The notes under the pieces are model-generated. The model was not told the DNA's origin. It did no database searches and saw nothing but the letters and a program-made list of their open reading frames with translations. Position numbers and translations under genes: made by a program. Shown here one piece after another: positions 1 to 7,763 of a stretch of DNA of 21,725 nt (positions within the stretch are counted from its first letter, which is position 1; each line of letters opens with the position of its first letter). Source of the DNA: a virus (lineage: Duplodnaviria; Heunggongvirae; Uroviricota; Caudoviricetes); the IMG/VR virus record IMGVR_UViG_3300035156_000038, positions 1 through 21,725 of that record, one strand, 5' to 3'.

Positions 1-2
1 TA

Positions 3-302
3 CGCACGTTTGAAGCCAAGCCGGAGCAGACTTTCTATAAGATTGGCAAAGCTGGCGTACTGACCCTTAAGCAAGCCGCTAAGGCCCTTAACGACCATCA
101 CAATAACCACGGGGCCGGGTTCTATGTTGACTTCGCTAAAGGCGGTTGCGCACGCTGCTATATGGCTCGCGTTTCGTCCAATTGGCAAGGCGGCAGCTTC
201 CTAGAAGTTAAAGAAATTGGTAGTAATGGTACGTGGTACGCACTGGATACGGTTACAGATAAAGTCCGTAACGGCTTCGGTTCCGGCTATATCACCCTGT
301 AA
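3..302 (+). CDS. hypothetical phage protein, 5'-truncated by the window edge
   Basis: Frame 3 is open from base 3 to TAA at 300-302 (RTFEAKPEQTFYKIGKAG...GFGSGYITL*). The stop overlaps the AAGGA RBS of the next gene. Absent from the ORF track because the start lies outside the window. Confidence 0.7.
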   Translation, partial: RTFEAKPEQTFYKIGKAGVLTLKQAAKALNDHHNNHGAGFYVDFAKGGCARCYMARVSSNWQGGSFLEVKEIGSNGTWYALDTVTDKVRNGFGSGYITL

Positions 303-315
303 GGATAAACCTATT

Positions 316-501
316 ATGAAAAAGAACGATTATATCAATACCCTGTTAGCCCATCATGCGGCCCTTTGCCCTAGCTGGGAACATGAGAAATACAGGGGCG
401 CTATTCTCTCTGTTGCGCATTTCTGTCAACAATCGGCAATGCCGATAGAAGAAGCTAAAACCCGGCTTGAAAAAGTAATTGAAGAACGCCGGAAACTGTA
501 A
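316..501 (+). CDS. hypothetical protein (61 aa)
   Basis: AAGGA at 301-305 precedes ATG 316 (MKKNDYIN...). This start is preferred over the track start at 217, which overlaps the upstream gene. Confidence 0.7.
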   Translation: MKKNDYINTLLAHHAALCPSWEHEKYRGAILSVAHFCQQSAMPIEEAKTRLEKVIEERRKL

Positions 502-554
502 GCGTATTACCCCGTAATAACCCTTTATTAATAACAGCCCGAAAGGCTCTAATC

Positions 555-896
555 ATGACTCAGCCAAAGCGTATCGTAATGTCTTCCGGTAACACCATTG
601 CAACCCCGGCCCGTATCATTACCCGGTATTGGTTTAATGGCGAAGTAGTGAAGACTAACGCAGGCTCTAACCTGTTCGAAGCTGGCCCCAATGTGCAACG
701 TAATTTGCAGATCAATAAATACGGGGCCACCTTTGCCGAAGTGCTGGACGCCGACACGGAACAGCTTTACTACAGCCAAAGCCGTAGTATTAGCGGCACG
801 ATTAGCAAGCCGCATTACGAATGGAACCCGGAAGACACAGCACGGAAGTACAGCGCCGGATTGCTGCTGCTGGGGGATAAGAAGGGGCGTAAGTAA
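555..896 (+). CDS. hypothetical protein (113 aa)
   Basis: ORF with AAAGG upstream, co-directional with its neighbours; stop overlaps the next ATG (TAATG). Confidence 0.7.
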   Translation: MTQPKRIVMSSGNTIATPARIITRYWFNGEVVKTNAGSNLFEAGPNVQRNLQINKYGATFAEVLDADTEQLYYSQSRSISGTISKPHYEWNPEDTARKYSAGLLLLGDKKGRK

Positions 897-1072
897 TGCG
901 GATCATTGATAAGGATATAGACAGCTATACAGCCTTTACCGAACACCACGAAAGACGGCTAAGGCATTGCCACCCAGACGAAGAAGCTAGAGAGAAGGCC
1001 CTATTAGCAGCAGCACGGAAGGCCCTAGCAGCATTGGAAGAATACCGGGAAGTAATGGACGCACCCGCATAA
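896..1072 (+). CDS. hypothetical helical protein (58 aa)
   Basis: TAATG coupling at 894-898; reads MRIIDKDIDSYTAFTEHHERRLRHCHPDEEAREKALLAAARKALAALEEYREVMDAPA*; ends just before a terminator. Below the ORF-track cutoff. Confidence 0.65.
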   Translation: MRIIDKDIDSYTAFTEHHERRLRHCHPDEEAREKALLAAARKALAALEEYREVMDAPA

Positions 1073-1076
1073 GCAC

Positions 1077-1106
1077 AGGCCCCTAGAGATAGGGGCCTTT
1101 TCTATT
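1077..1106 (+). terminator. intrinsic terminator
   Basis: AGGCCCCTA-GAGA-TAGGGGCCT 9-bp hairpin followed by TTTCTATT. Confidence 0.8.
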
Positions 1107-1112
1107 GGGCGT

Positions 1113-1473
1113 CTACATAGGTAGGCCACATAGGCGACAGCCTACGCCAGCGAGCTAACGCTAGTTAGCGACCTTCCCCGGCTGGCCTTATACATAGATA
1201 GCCCCACATAGGCAGGCCCAATTAAGTAGCCCTATCCGCTACCCGACCCCCTACTTAAGCCCCTGCCCTAATTAATCATTCTCTAATCCGCTACCCCACC
1301 AAACAAGGTTATAGGCTAGGGCTACATAGGTAGCTACATAGGGTTACTAATTAGCCTTCCTATAACATAGGATCAAGTAGCTATAGGGAAGGCCCTACAT
1401 AGTAGACCCTACATAGGGTAGCCCCTACATAGTGGCCCCTATAGAGTAGCCCTACATAAGCTGTACTACATGG
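1113..1473. repeat. dispersed direct repeats of (C/T)ACATAG, core CTACATAG
   Basis: CTACATAG at 1113, 1322, 1334, 1395, 1409, 1425; variants CCACATAG 1126 and 1204, TACATAG 1191, AACATAG 1364, CTACATAA 1452, CTACATGG 1466. All on the same strand, in non-coding DNA. Confidence 0.85.
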
Positions 1474-1924
1474 CTAGCCCAACGCGTATAAGAGGGGGCA
1501 GCACAGCCCCGCTAGGGGCTGGGCGTTGTCCCAGAGCATAAGCCGGGGAAGGGTCAACGTAATGCGACCGATAAGGGGAACAGGGGTTTTCTTACCCAAA
1601 CCATGCGGCCACTTATTGAGAGACAAAAAGAAGTTGCCAAACTCCACCCGGCCACGGTGGGAGGCCCTACGCACGCAGCCCTTCCCCATAGGGGAAGGCT
1701 ATAACCCAACCAAACACGATAGGAAAGCTACCCCGTTCAAAACTCTACACGTCCGTCTAGGCTTTTGACTGAGCCTCTATAGAGCGATTGTAGGCCCTTT
1801 CCCTGTTATGGCTACCCTGTGTCATCCTGCCCCGTGATCGCCCCGTGTAGGGCCTATACGCAAGCCGTAGCCCCATTCCCACCCTGTAGACCTACCCCAG
1901 ACCAGCCCAACCCCGGCTCCAAGT

Positions 1925-1981
1925 GATAATGAGAATGATTCGCATTCATATTTTGGAACGAGAATGAGAATGATTCGCATT
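1925..1981. promoter_or_regulatory. two tandem Fur-box-like sites
   Basis: GATAATGAGAATGATTCGC (1925-1943) matches the Fur consensus GATAATGATAATCATTATC at 15/19; GAGAATGAGAATGATTCGC (1960-1978) matches at 14/19. The near-palindrome AATGAGAATGATTCGCATT is an exact repeat at 1928-1946 and 1963-1981. Confidence 0.6.
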
Positions 1982-2184
1982 ACGCTTCGGGCCATTAAGA
2001 ACACCACTCGACATTGCGAGATTTCCAACATAGGTAGTCGCCTCTGTCAACAACACCACTCGATACCCCATGTTTTACTACTGTTGTAATTGATGCAACA
2101 AAAGTTTCATATAATTTAGGTTTCTTCCTACACAAGCCGGGGAACATCGTGATTCCAAAATTTTATTTTTTAAATTTTAGCCAC

Positions 2185-2214
2185 AAAAGAAAAAGCCCCT
2201 ACCGAAGTAGGGGC
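2185..2214 (-). terminator. intrinsic terminator for the leftward gene block
   Basis: Minus strand GCCCCTAC-TTCG-GTAGGGGC (cUUCGg tetraloop) followed by TTTTTCTTTT. Confidence 0.9.
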
Positions 2215-2218
2215 CTCT

Positions 2219-2518
2219 TTAGTACGCAAGCACAGATTTCTTGCCAGCAGCCATACCGAACGGGCTATCTAAGTTCCTAGCGTACCGCTGCTTGTTCGGG
2301 GAGTATCTTTTACCTTTTCCCTCTGTCTTCCTAGCCCCGAACATAGTTTTACAACTTGTGCATTGGCTGTTAGCTACATAACGTGTAGTGATGTGGCCCC
2401 AGATGCAAGGTATCCCGGTGAAGAATGTTGTGACGCCAGCTTCCCTAGCTGCTTCCCTAAGCCGTTCAACTCTAGCTTCCTCAAGCACAGGTTCAGCTTC
2501 GTCAACAAACATACTCAT
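2219..2518 (-). CDS. small protein with a putative Zn-binding motif
   Basis: FFTGIPCIWGH...RYVANSQCTSC resembles the Y/F-x-TG-x-PC-x2-GH...C-x2-C motif seen at the N-terminus of some phage HNH proteins; no HNH domain follows. ATGA overlap with the upstream gene. Confidence 0.65.
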   Translation of the reverse strand: MSMFVDEAEPVLEEARVERLREAAREAGVTTFFTGIPCIWGHITTRYVANSQCTSCKTMFGARKTEGKGKRYSPNKQRYARNLDSPFGMAAGKKSVLAY

Positions 2519-2841
2519 GCCAGCAGGGCTTTTACATCGGCCAGAGCGGCAGACAGCTTGGTAGCTGCTTGGGTAGCTGCTTCCAGCTTGGCTACAGCGG
2601 CAGACGAATCCACTTCGACAGTGATTGGAGCGCCTACGGTTTGTGGCTCAGCCAGTACCTTCACCACGCCCCGGTTAATGAGGTCGAGCAGGCTGTTTTC
2701 GCTTTGGTCGTTTTCGAACTTCTGACCAGTTGCAACAGCCACAAACGTTACGGCTTGAGGGCGAGTCCCTTTCGTCGCCACGTACACAGAGGTACAACCC
2801 CATTGGACGACCATCGGCAGAGTCACTTTAGTGCGTTTCAT
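2515..2841 (-). CDS. hypothetical protein (108 aa)
   Basis: 4-nt overlaps with both neighbours; GAAAGGAAA upstream. Confidence 0.75.
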   Translation of the reverse strand: MKRTKVTLPMVVQWGCTSVYVATKGTRPQAVTFVAVATGQKFENDQSENSLLDLINRGVVKVLAEPQTVGAPITVEVDSSAAVAKLEAATQAATKLSAALADVKALLA

Positions 2842-3110
2842 TGTGTGTTTCCTTTCAGTTTGGTTAATTTTCCGTGTTTGTCATACACGGCATCGGCAGA
2901 TTCTATCCACCACTTGTTAGCTATCTGCTTACCTTCCTTGTCAAGCTCGTACTTGATGGACGGTACAGCCAGCTTAGCTAGCAACGCGTGTGCACGGGCC
3001 GTGGTTTCGGCGTAAATACGGTTCGCATCTTCCGGTCTTCCTTCTTCGATAGCCGTATGTAGCTGGCTTCCTTTAGCGGCGAAGGTACGCTTGTAGGCTA
3101 CGCCCTTCAC
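2838..3110 (-). CDS. hypothetical protein (90 aa)
   Basis: GTG start overlapping the upstream stop (GTGA); coupled operon arrangement. Confidence 0.7.
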   Translation of the reverse strand: MKGVAYKRTFAAKGSQLHTAIEEGRPEDANRIYAETTARAHALLAKLAVPSIKYELDKEGKQIANKWWIESADAVYDKHGKLTKLKGNTQ

Positions 3111-3346
3111 GATTCAATTACGCTCTTTACCACGCCCACGATGCAGCCGAAGATAGCCAGCGCACAGAGGCAGAGGAAGGTTTTCACGAACGTTCCGGCG
3201 AACCAGAAGAACGCGATGATCGCCAGAAGTAGGATGACAGTCCACATGGTAGCGTACAGCCACTTACGCACGTCACGGTCGAGGCCGTTCCAAATGTCTT
3301 TGATCCACGCCAGTGACCATCCCCGGTTAGGTAGTTTTTCTTTCAT
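3107..3346 (-). CDS. putative membrane protein with two TM segments
   Basis: Two hydrophobic stretches (WLYATMWTVILLLAIIAFFWF; FLCLCALAIFGCIVGVV); AAAGGAG RBS. Confidence 0.75.
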   Translation of the reverse strand: MKEKLPNRGWSLAWIKDIWNGLDRDVRKWLYATMWTVILLLAIIAFFWFAGTFVKTFLCLCALAIFGCIVGVVKSVIES

Positions 3347-3897
3347 TTCTTTTCTCCTTTCAACGCCGCTACGGCGTCTTCATGTATTTGTTGGAACTTG
3401 GCTAGCTGTTCATCCCCGGCCAAGCGTTTAAGGGTCTGCCTGTGGAACTGTTCGTCAGGCAGGATGATGCGCAGGGCTTCCTTAACGTCAGAAGGCGTGC
3501 ACGCCATATCCACAATCACTTCGAACCGGAACGCAGCCAGAGCTTCCCCGTAGTAGTTAGCAGCACACGCCGAATAGATGTCGGTGATGTGGCTATCCAG
3601 CGTCTTCCAGTATTCGCTAGCTGGGGCGTCAGGGTCGATGGTATGACCACGGCCAGCCAGAACGTCTACCAAGATCAGCGAGTGCTTCTTTTCGTCATCG
3701 GCTACGTTTTCCAGAATGCGGCGGGTACGCAAGTCAGTGTCGTAGCTAATAAGGAAGGATTGGTAGTCATCATACCCGCCAATCTCCGTTCCGTAAAGCT
3801 TTTTCAGCCAAGCTAGCAGCTTACCTTCGTCCTTATTGACGCGTTCCCACCACGCTTGGGTGAATGCTACTTCTTCGTCAAGGGTGCGGATCATCAC
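3343..3897 (-). CDS. ferritin-like (di-iron carboxylate) protein
   Basis: Duplicated E...DE-x2-H pattern: GTE...ADDEKKH and YGE...LPDEQFH, with four-helix-bundle spacing. Confidence 0.8.
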   Translation of the reverse strand: MMIRTLDEEVAFTQAWWERVNKDEGKLLAWLKKLYGTEIGGYDDYQSFLISYDTDLRTRRILENVADDEKKHSLILVDVLAGRGHTIDPDAPASEYWKTLDSHITDIYSACAANYYGEALAAFRFEVIVDMACTPSDVKEALRIILPDEQFHRQTLKRLAGDEQLAKFQQIHEDAVAALKGEKK

Positions 3898-4082
3898 TTA
3901 CGCCCCAGAGTCTTGTAAATCTGGCTGGTAATCAGGGCAACCATAAGCACAACGATCACACCAAAGTATCCAGCAGGCCCCAGCGTGGTAAGAACCAGCT
4001 TAAAGAACAGCAGTACCAGACCGATACCGCCTACCACGCTTACCGCGATTGCAAAAGCCTTGAAAAGTCGTTCGAAATCCAT
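3894..4082 (-). CDS. small membrane protein
   Basis: Two hydrophobic helices; AAGGAG RBS upstream. Confidence 0.75.
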   Translation of the reverse strand: MDFERLFKAFAIAVSVVGGIGLVLLFFKLVLTTLGPAGYFGVIVVLMVALITSQIYKTLGRK

Positions 4083-4125
4083 GTGTTCTCCTTAGTTAAG
4101 TAGGTAGTTAAGAATGAATGCAGCC

Positions 4126-4154
4126 ACTATAGCATACCCGGCCAACGCCCACAA
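4126..4154 (-). promoter_or_regulatory. sigma70-type promoter (extended -10)
   Basis: Minus strand TTGTGG-17 bp-TATAGT with TG immediately upstream of the -10 (TGcTATAGT). Confidence 0.5.
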
Positions 4155-4185
4155 CATTTCTTCGCGGGGGTCGGGTACAAAATCG

Positions 4186-4425
4186 TTAGTTAGGCCCATG
4201 TTTCATCGCCTTCACCACAGCCGGGGGTAAATCATCCCAGCTTACCTTCGTATCAGCATCCCCGCGTGTTGCTGGCGGTAGCAGTTCCAGTGCTTCCGGC
4301 AGGATGTTACGGATGTAGTCGCCTTCGCCGTCGATCTTCGCCTTGTAGCACGCCTTGCGGGTGAAGCTATTCTGGTTGACAACGCTGCTGAAGATGCGGA
4401 TAGCAAGGTTGTGCGTGATCGTCAC
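4186..4425 (-). CDS. hypothetical protein; true N-terminus uncertain
   Basis: ORF from GTG 4425. The frame stays open upstream to a stop at 4519-4521 and there encodes a KOW/SH3-like segment PGDRARIVAGEGSFAGKHV. Confidence 0.6.
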   Translation of the reverse strand: MTITHNLAIRIFSSVVNQNSFTRKACYKAKIDGEGDYIRNILPEALELLPPATRGDADTKVSWDDLPPAVVKAMKHGPN

Positions 4426-4454
4426 GTGTTTCCCGGCAAAGCTTCCTTCCCCGG

Positions 4455-4634
4455 CTACGATTCGGGCACGGTCGCCCGGTATGGGATAGCTTCTACTGGA
4501 TGGTCTACGTCCATTTCCTTAGAACCACTGTTGGATGCGTAGATAGCCAGTGCAGCTACAGGCACGCCGTCTTGGTTGTGGCCTACACACTGGGAAATAG
4601 CTACGTTTCCCGAGCCGAATTCTAGTACGTTCAT
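4455..4634 (-). CDS. hypothetical protein (59 aa)
   Basis: TAAGGAG RBS, ATG 4634, MNVLEFGSGNVAISQCVG...RATVPES*; below the track cutoff. Confidence 0.6.
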   Translation of the reverse strand: MNVLEFGSGNVAISQCVGHNQDGVPVAALAIYASNSGSKEMDVDHPVEAIPYRATVPES

Positions 4635-4660
4635 GTATTACTCCTTAAAATGGGTTGGTA

Positions 4661-5020
4661 TTACAACGCAGCCTTAATCAGCCTGTAGTCACTCTCGTTA
4701 AGCTCCACTTCGGAAGCTTTCCCGGCCATGCCTTCCAGTTGCTTGATAGCCGCTTCGGTTTGGTAGCCCGAGTTCATAATGTTCAGGTACGTGCTACCGT
4801 GGCCCCACATATCGCCGTCATCTTTCTTGAGTTCGGCTAGCGCCTCGGCTTCGCTAAGGAAGCGGGGAACACGGCCAAACTCGCGGAAGCTGAACCGGGT
4901 CTTAGCCATAGTGGCCTTGATTGCTTCCAGCAGCTTTTCGTTACGGTAGTTCTTGATCCATTGTAGGCGTTCGTGGCAAGCAGCCTTGACGCGGTAGCTA
5001 GGTAGTTTGATGGTAGCCAT
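4661..5020 (-). CDS. hypothetical protein (119 aa)
   Basis: TAAGGA RBS; co-directional in the operon. Confidence 0.75.
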   Translation of the reverse strand: MATIKLPSYRVKAACHERLQWIKNYRNEKLLEAIKATMAKTRFSFREFGRVPRFLSEAEALAELKKDDGDMWGHGSTYLNIMNSGYQTEAAIKQLEGMAGKASEVELNESDYRLIKAAL

Positions 5021-5029
5021 GTTTTATCC

Positions 5030-5533
5030 TTAGTTTGGTTTGAGTTTGTCGGCAATACGGGTCAGAAGCTTAGCTTGCGCTTCCCCGGCCCCGTTAGGGT
5101 TGTCCAGTTTTACAACTTCAACTAGCAAGTCATACACTTCTTCCCCATCAGGCAGCAAAAACATCACGCCAGCCGTGGCAAGCTCGCCTTCGACAGACAG
5201 ACGTATGCTCTTTACCGTCTTAGAAAGCGACTGTTGACGCTTGCGCTCTGCATCACGCTTAGTACGTTCGGCTCTTTCGATCATCGTTTTGCTAATGTCG
5301 TACGTTACGTTAAAAGCTGGCGCATTAAGCGAATTATCCTTCGAATAACTGAGCTTTACGCCTGCGTCAATGTGCGGGGCCAACATAGGCTTAACAATAG
5401 CCTTCAACTCGTCAACGTTCTGGTAGGTTTCACCATCCCCAGTAGTCCAAGTCAAATCCATTCCTTCTACGATAGCCAGAGCATCGTAGTAAACACCGCG
5501 TAGGATTCGTTCAGCTTTAAGACTCAGTGCCAT
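5030..5533 (-). CDS. hypothetical protein (167 aa)
   Basis: AAGGA RBS; downstream of the promoter at 5567-5595. Confidence 0.75.
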   Translation of the reverse strand: MALSLKAERILRGVYYDALAIVEGMDLTWTTGDGETYQNVDELKAIVKPMLAPHIDAGVKLSYSKDNSLNAPAFNVTYDISKTMIERAERTKRDAERKRQQSLSKTVKSIRLSVEGELATAGVMFLLPDGEEVYDLLVEVVKLDNPNGAGEAQAKLLTRIADKLKPN

Positions 5534-5566
5534 GTTGTTTCCTTGGTTGGTTAGCAGTTAGGTAGT

Positions 5567-5595
5567 ATCTTACCTTCGTCCCTAGCTAGCGTCAA
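5567..5595 (-). promoter_or_regulatory. sigma70-type promoter
   Basis: Minus strand TTGACG-17 bp-TAAGAT. Confidence 0.7.
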
Positions 5596-6158
5596 GTCTT
5601 AAAATAGTTTTTAACGAACCTGTCTGCTTTTTTCCACAGGGGCGGGTAAGCCCCGATAAGCCCGTGGTCGAGCAGATGACGTTTTTCACGCATGTACTTC
5701 ACGGCGAAGCCCGGATCGTGGTCGGTAATGTCAGCCGTGTTGTGTAGCAGATCGCACAGCTTGACCGTCTTGACGGACGAGCAGCAGCGGTCGATGCGTT
5801 GCACTTCCAGCGCCTTGCGTTCGGCACGGTTGAGGCCGGGGTAGCTGCGCTCTGTGAGGCCGTCCACCAGCAGGGCCACTTGTGGGCCGAAGTGGTGTTC
5901 GATTACGTCAAGGCTGTAGTTGTGCCAAGTCGTCGGCCACAGTTCCGGGTTGCCGACATCCTCTACAACATCGTGGAGCAAGGCCGCGTCAATCTCGGCG
6001 TTGTTGGCGTACGGGTAGTTCGCAATCAGAATTTCCGCCACAGCTTCCGGGTGCGTCCAGTAGGGATCACCTGTGTATTTGCGCTTCTGGTTGACGCTGT
6101 TGTGTGCCGCCACCATGAAGGCGTGTGCGGGGCGTTGTCGTAGTTGAATCAGGTTCAT
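5592..6158 (-). CDS. HD-domain protein, RelA/SpoT hydrolase (small alarmone hydrolase, Mesh1-like)
   Basis: AH..Q.RK..G.PY..HP..VA..L, AALLHDVVED, VALLVDGLT and VKLCDLLHN motifs typical of RSH hydrolase (HD_4) domains; no synthetase domain. Confidence 0.85.
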   Translation of the reverse strand: MNLIQLRQRPAHAFMVAAHNSVNQKRKYTGDPYWTHPEAVAEILIANYPYANNAEIDAALLHDVVEDVGNPELWPTTWHNYSLDVIEHHFGPQVALLVDGLTERSYPGLNRAERKALEVQRIDRCCSSVKTVKLCDLLHNTADITDHDPGFAVKYMREKRHLLDHGLIGAYPPLWKKADRFVKNYFKT

Positions 6159-6175
6159 TTTTAGCTCCTGTAGAT

Positions 6176-6201
6176 AAAGAAAAGGCCGGGACTACCCGGC
6201 C
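6176..6201 (-). terminator. intrinsic terminator, possibly bidirectional
   Basis: GGCCGGG-ACTA-CCCGGCC hairpin with an A-run on the left (U-tract on the minus strand) and a T-run on the right. Confidence 0.7.
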
Positions 6202-6226
6202 AATTTTTGCGCGCCGCCTTCGGCGT

Positions 6227-6577
6227 TTAGTCGTCGCCTAGTGCCGTGCGTAGAACGGCTCTTGCGAACCGTATTCCGTGAGGTAAGGAATCCTCCGTCA
6301 TGTGCGTCATAAACAACGCCTCAATATCGCCGTTCGATAACGACTTGCCCCGGCGTTCGCGTACACGTGCAGCCAAGTCGTCAACCGTGCCATGCGTGGG
6401 CATCTTGTACTCCACACACAGGGCAACCAATGCGTGCCACTGAGGCGACGAACGGCGTGCGTCCAACACATCCCCTACCGTCAAGTCCCATCCGGGGAAG
6501 CCCAGAATGACGGTTTCGCGGGGTTTATCGGCGTAGCCCGTAACTTCTAACGGGAAGTCGGCCAACTTGCTTTTCAT
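6227..6577 (-). CDS. hypothetical protein (116 aa)
   Basis: ATGA coupling to the recombinase stop. Confidence 0.7.
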   Translation of the reverse strand: MKSKLADFPLEVTGYADKPRETVILGFPGWDLTVGDVLDARRSSPQWHALVALCVEYKMPTHGTVDDLAARVRERRGKSLSNGDIEALFMTHMTEDSLPHGIRFARAVLRTALGDD

Positions 6578-7278
6578 GCTGCTGTCTCCATGCGTTCAAC
6601 AAGGTTAATTACAGTTTGTGTTCCCCACGCTTTGCCGCGTGCGGTTTTGATGCCCATGCGGTTCAATTCGGCTGCCGTAGCCTTGAACGTGAGTCCTTGG
6701 CCGCGAAGGTTCATGACGATTGAGCCGATTTTCTCTGCAAATTCGTCTGCCTTCTCCGCGTTGCGTGCCGCACCCTTTGCACGGGCTTCCACAATCGTGT
6801 TCGGGTCTTTGTGCAGGGCGTAGCCCAGCGTGACGCCCTGCGCTTTCAGTTCGTCCAGAGCGGCTTTAGTGCGTTCCCCAATCAGGGTGCGCTCTTTCTC
6901 CGCAAAGGTTGCATAAATGTGCATCATCATTGGGTCAACGTCTTCGCCCAGAGCTACGGCGATGAATTTCACCCGCTTCATGAAGCCTGCTACGAATTCC
7001 ACATCACGTGAAAGACGGTCAAGCTTACTTACCACCAGCGTTGCACCAACCCGGCCAGCCTTGGCTACAGCGGCGTGCAGCACCGGTCGATCTTCAAGCC
7101 CCAGCTTGCCGCTAGCGCGTTCTTCGACGTATTCCAGCACTTCGTAGCCGTTGTACTCTGCAAACTGCTTCACGGCTGCACGTTGGGCTTCAATACCCAG
7201 CCTAAGCGCGTCTTCGCCCCCGGCGTTCTTCTTATCTTCGGTCGAGACACGCAGATAGGCTATCAATTTCTTGGTCAT
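6574..7278 (-). CDS. serine recombinase (resolvase/invertase family)
   Basis: Catalytic AYLRVST motif, SGK...[14 protein letters not shown], and a short C-terminal DNA-binding region ([16 protein letters not shown]...RGKAW). Confidence 0.92.
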   Translation of the reverse strand: MTKKLIAYLRVSTEDKKNAGGEDALRLGIEAQRAAVKQFAEYNGYEVLEYVEERASGKLGLEDRPVLHAAVAKAGRVGATLVVSKLDRLSRDVEFVAGFMKRVKFIAVALGEDVDPMMMHIYATFAEKERTLIGERTKAALDELKAQGVTLGYALHKDPNTIVEARAKGAARNAEKADEFAEKIGSIVMNLRGQGLTFKATAAELNRMGIKTARGKAWGTQTVINLVERMETAA

Positions 7279-7314
7279 GGCTGTCTTCCCCTGTTCGGTT
7301 ACTCAATGAACAGG

Positions 7315-7343
7315 AGTTTACAGTCAAAACTCTAGAAGGTCAA
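7315..7343 (-). promoter_or_regulatory. sigma70-type promoter of the recombinase
   Basis: Minus strand TTGACC-17 bp-TAAACT, immediately followed by the inverted repeat CCTGTTC/GAACAGG (7290-7296/7308-7314). Confidence 0.65.
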
Positions 7344-7348
7344 GCGGT

Positions 7349-7720
7349 TTATGCAACTTTCTGCTTGATGCGTGCAATCAGGGCGTCCAGAGCCGCTTCG
7401 ACTTCGAACGTGGTCAGTCCACGCGGGATGCTTGCCATAGTCCAGCCAGCAGCAGCGAGCATCTTGGCCTTCGCCGTGATACGCATACGGGTGTAACCCG
7501 CCTTCAGTTCCACGTAGAGCGCCTTCTGGGTAGTGTGCAGCTTACGCAGCTTGCTAGCCAGCTTGTCTGCTTTGTCGAACTGGTCAGCAGCGAAGGATAG
7601 TTCACCTTTAGCGCGCTGGCTACGGGCGTTGTCCACGTGCTGTTCCTTTTGCGCGTTCATGGCCGTAATACGTGCGGCGTTGGTAGCGATACGGGACTGG
7701 ATGTGTGCGGTTGCATTCAT
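7349..7720 (-). CDS. hypothetical coiled-coil protein (123 aa)
   Basis: GAAGGAG RBS; Ala/Lys-rich helical sequence. Confidence 0.75.
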   Translation of the reverse strand: MNATAHIQSRIATNAARITAMNAQKEQHVDNARSQRAKGELSFAADQFDKADKLASKLRKLHTTQKALYVELKAGYTRMRITAKAKMLAAAGWTMASIPRGLTTFEVEAALDALIARIKQKVA

Positions 7721-7763
7721 GGTAGTTCTCCTTCAGGTTGTTAGTTATATCGGATGTGAATGT

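Noticed and set aside
217-315. Track start (GTG/TTG 217) for the 217-501 ORF
   Set aside because: It overlaps the upstream gene ending at 302; a strong RBS supports ATG 316.
1113-1473. Possible CRISPR array
   Set aside because: Repeats are only 7-8 bp with irregular spacing; no 23-47-bp repeat-spacer periodicity and no cas genes.
1474-2031. ORFs 1474-1689, 1526-1768 and 1822-2031
   Set aside because: No RBS, repeat-derived low-complexity composition, and located between convergent terminators.
6574-7278. IS607 or Tn3-type mobile element around the serine recombinase
   Set aside because: No TnpB or transposase partner, no terminal inverted repeats or target duplication seen.
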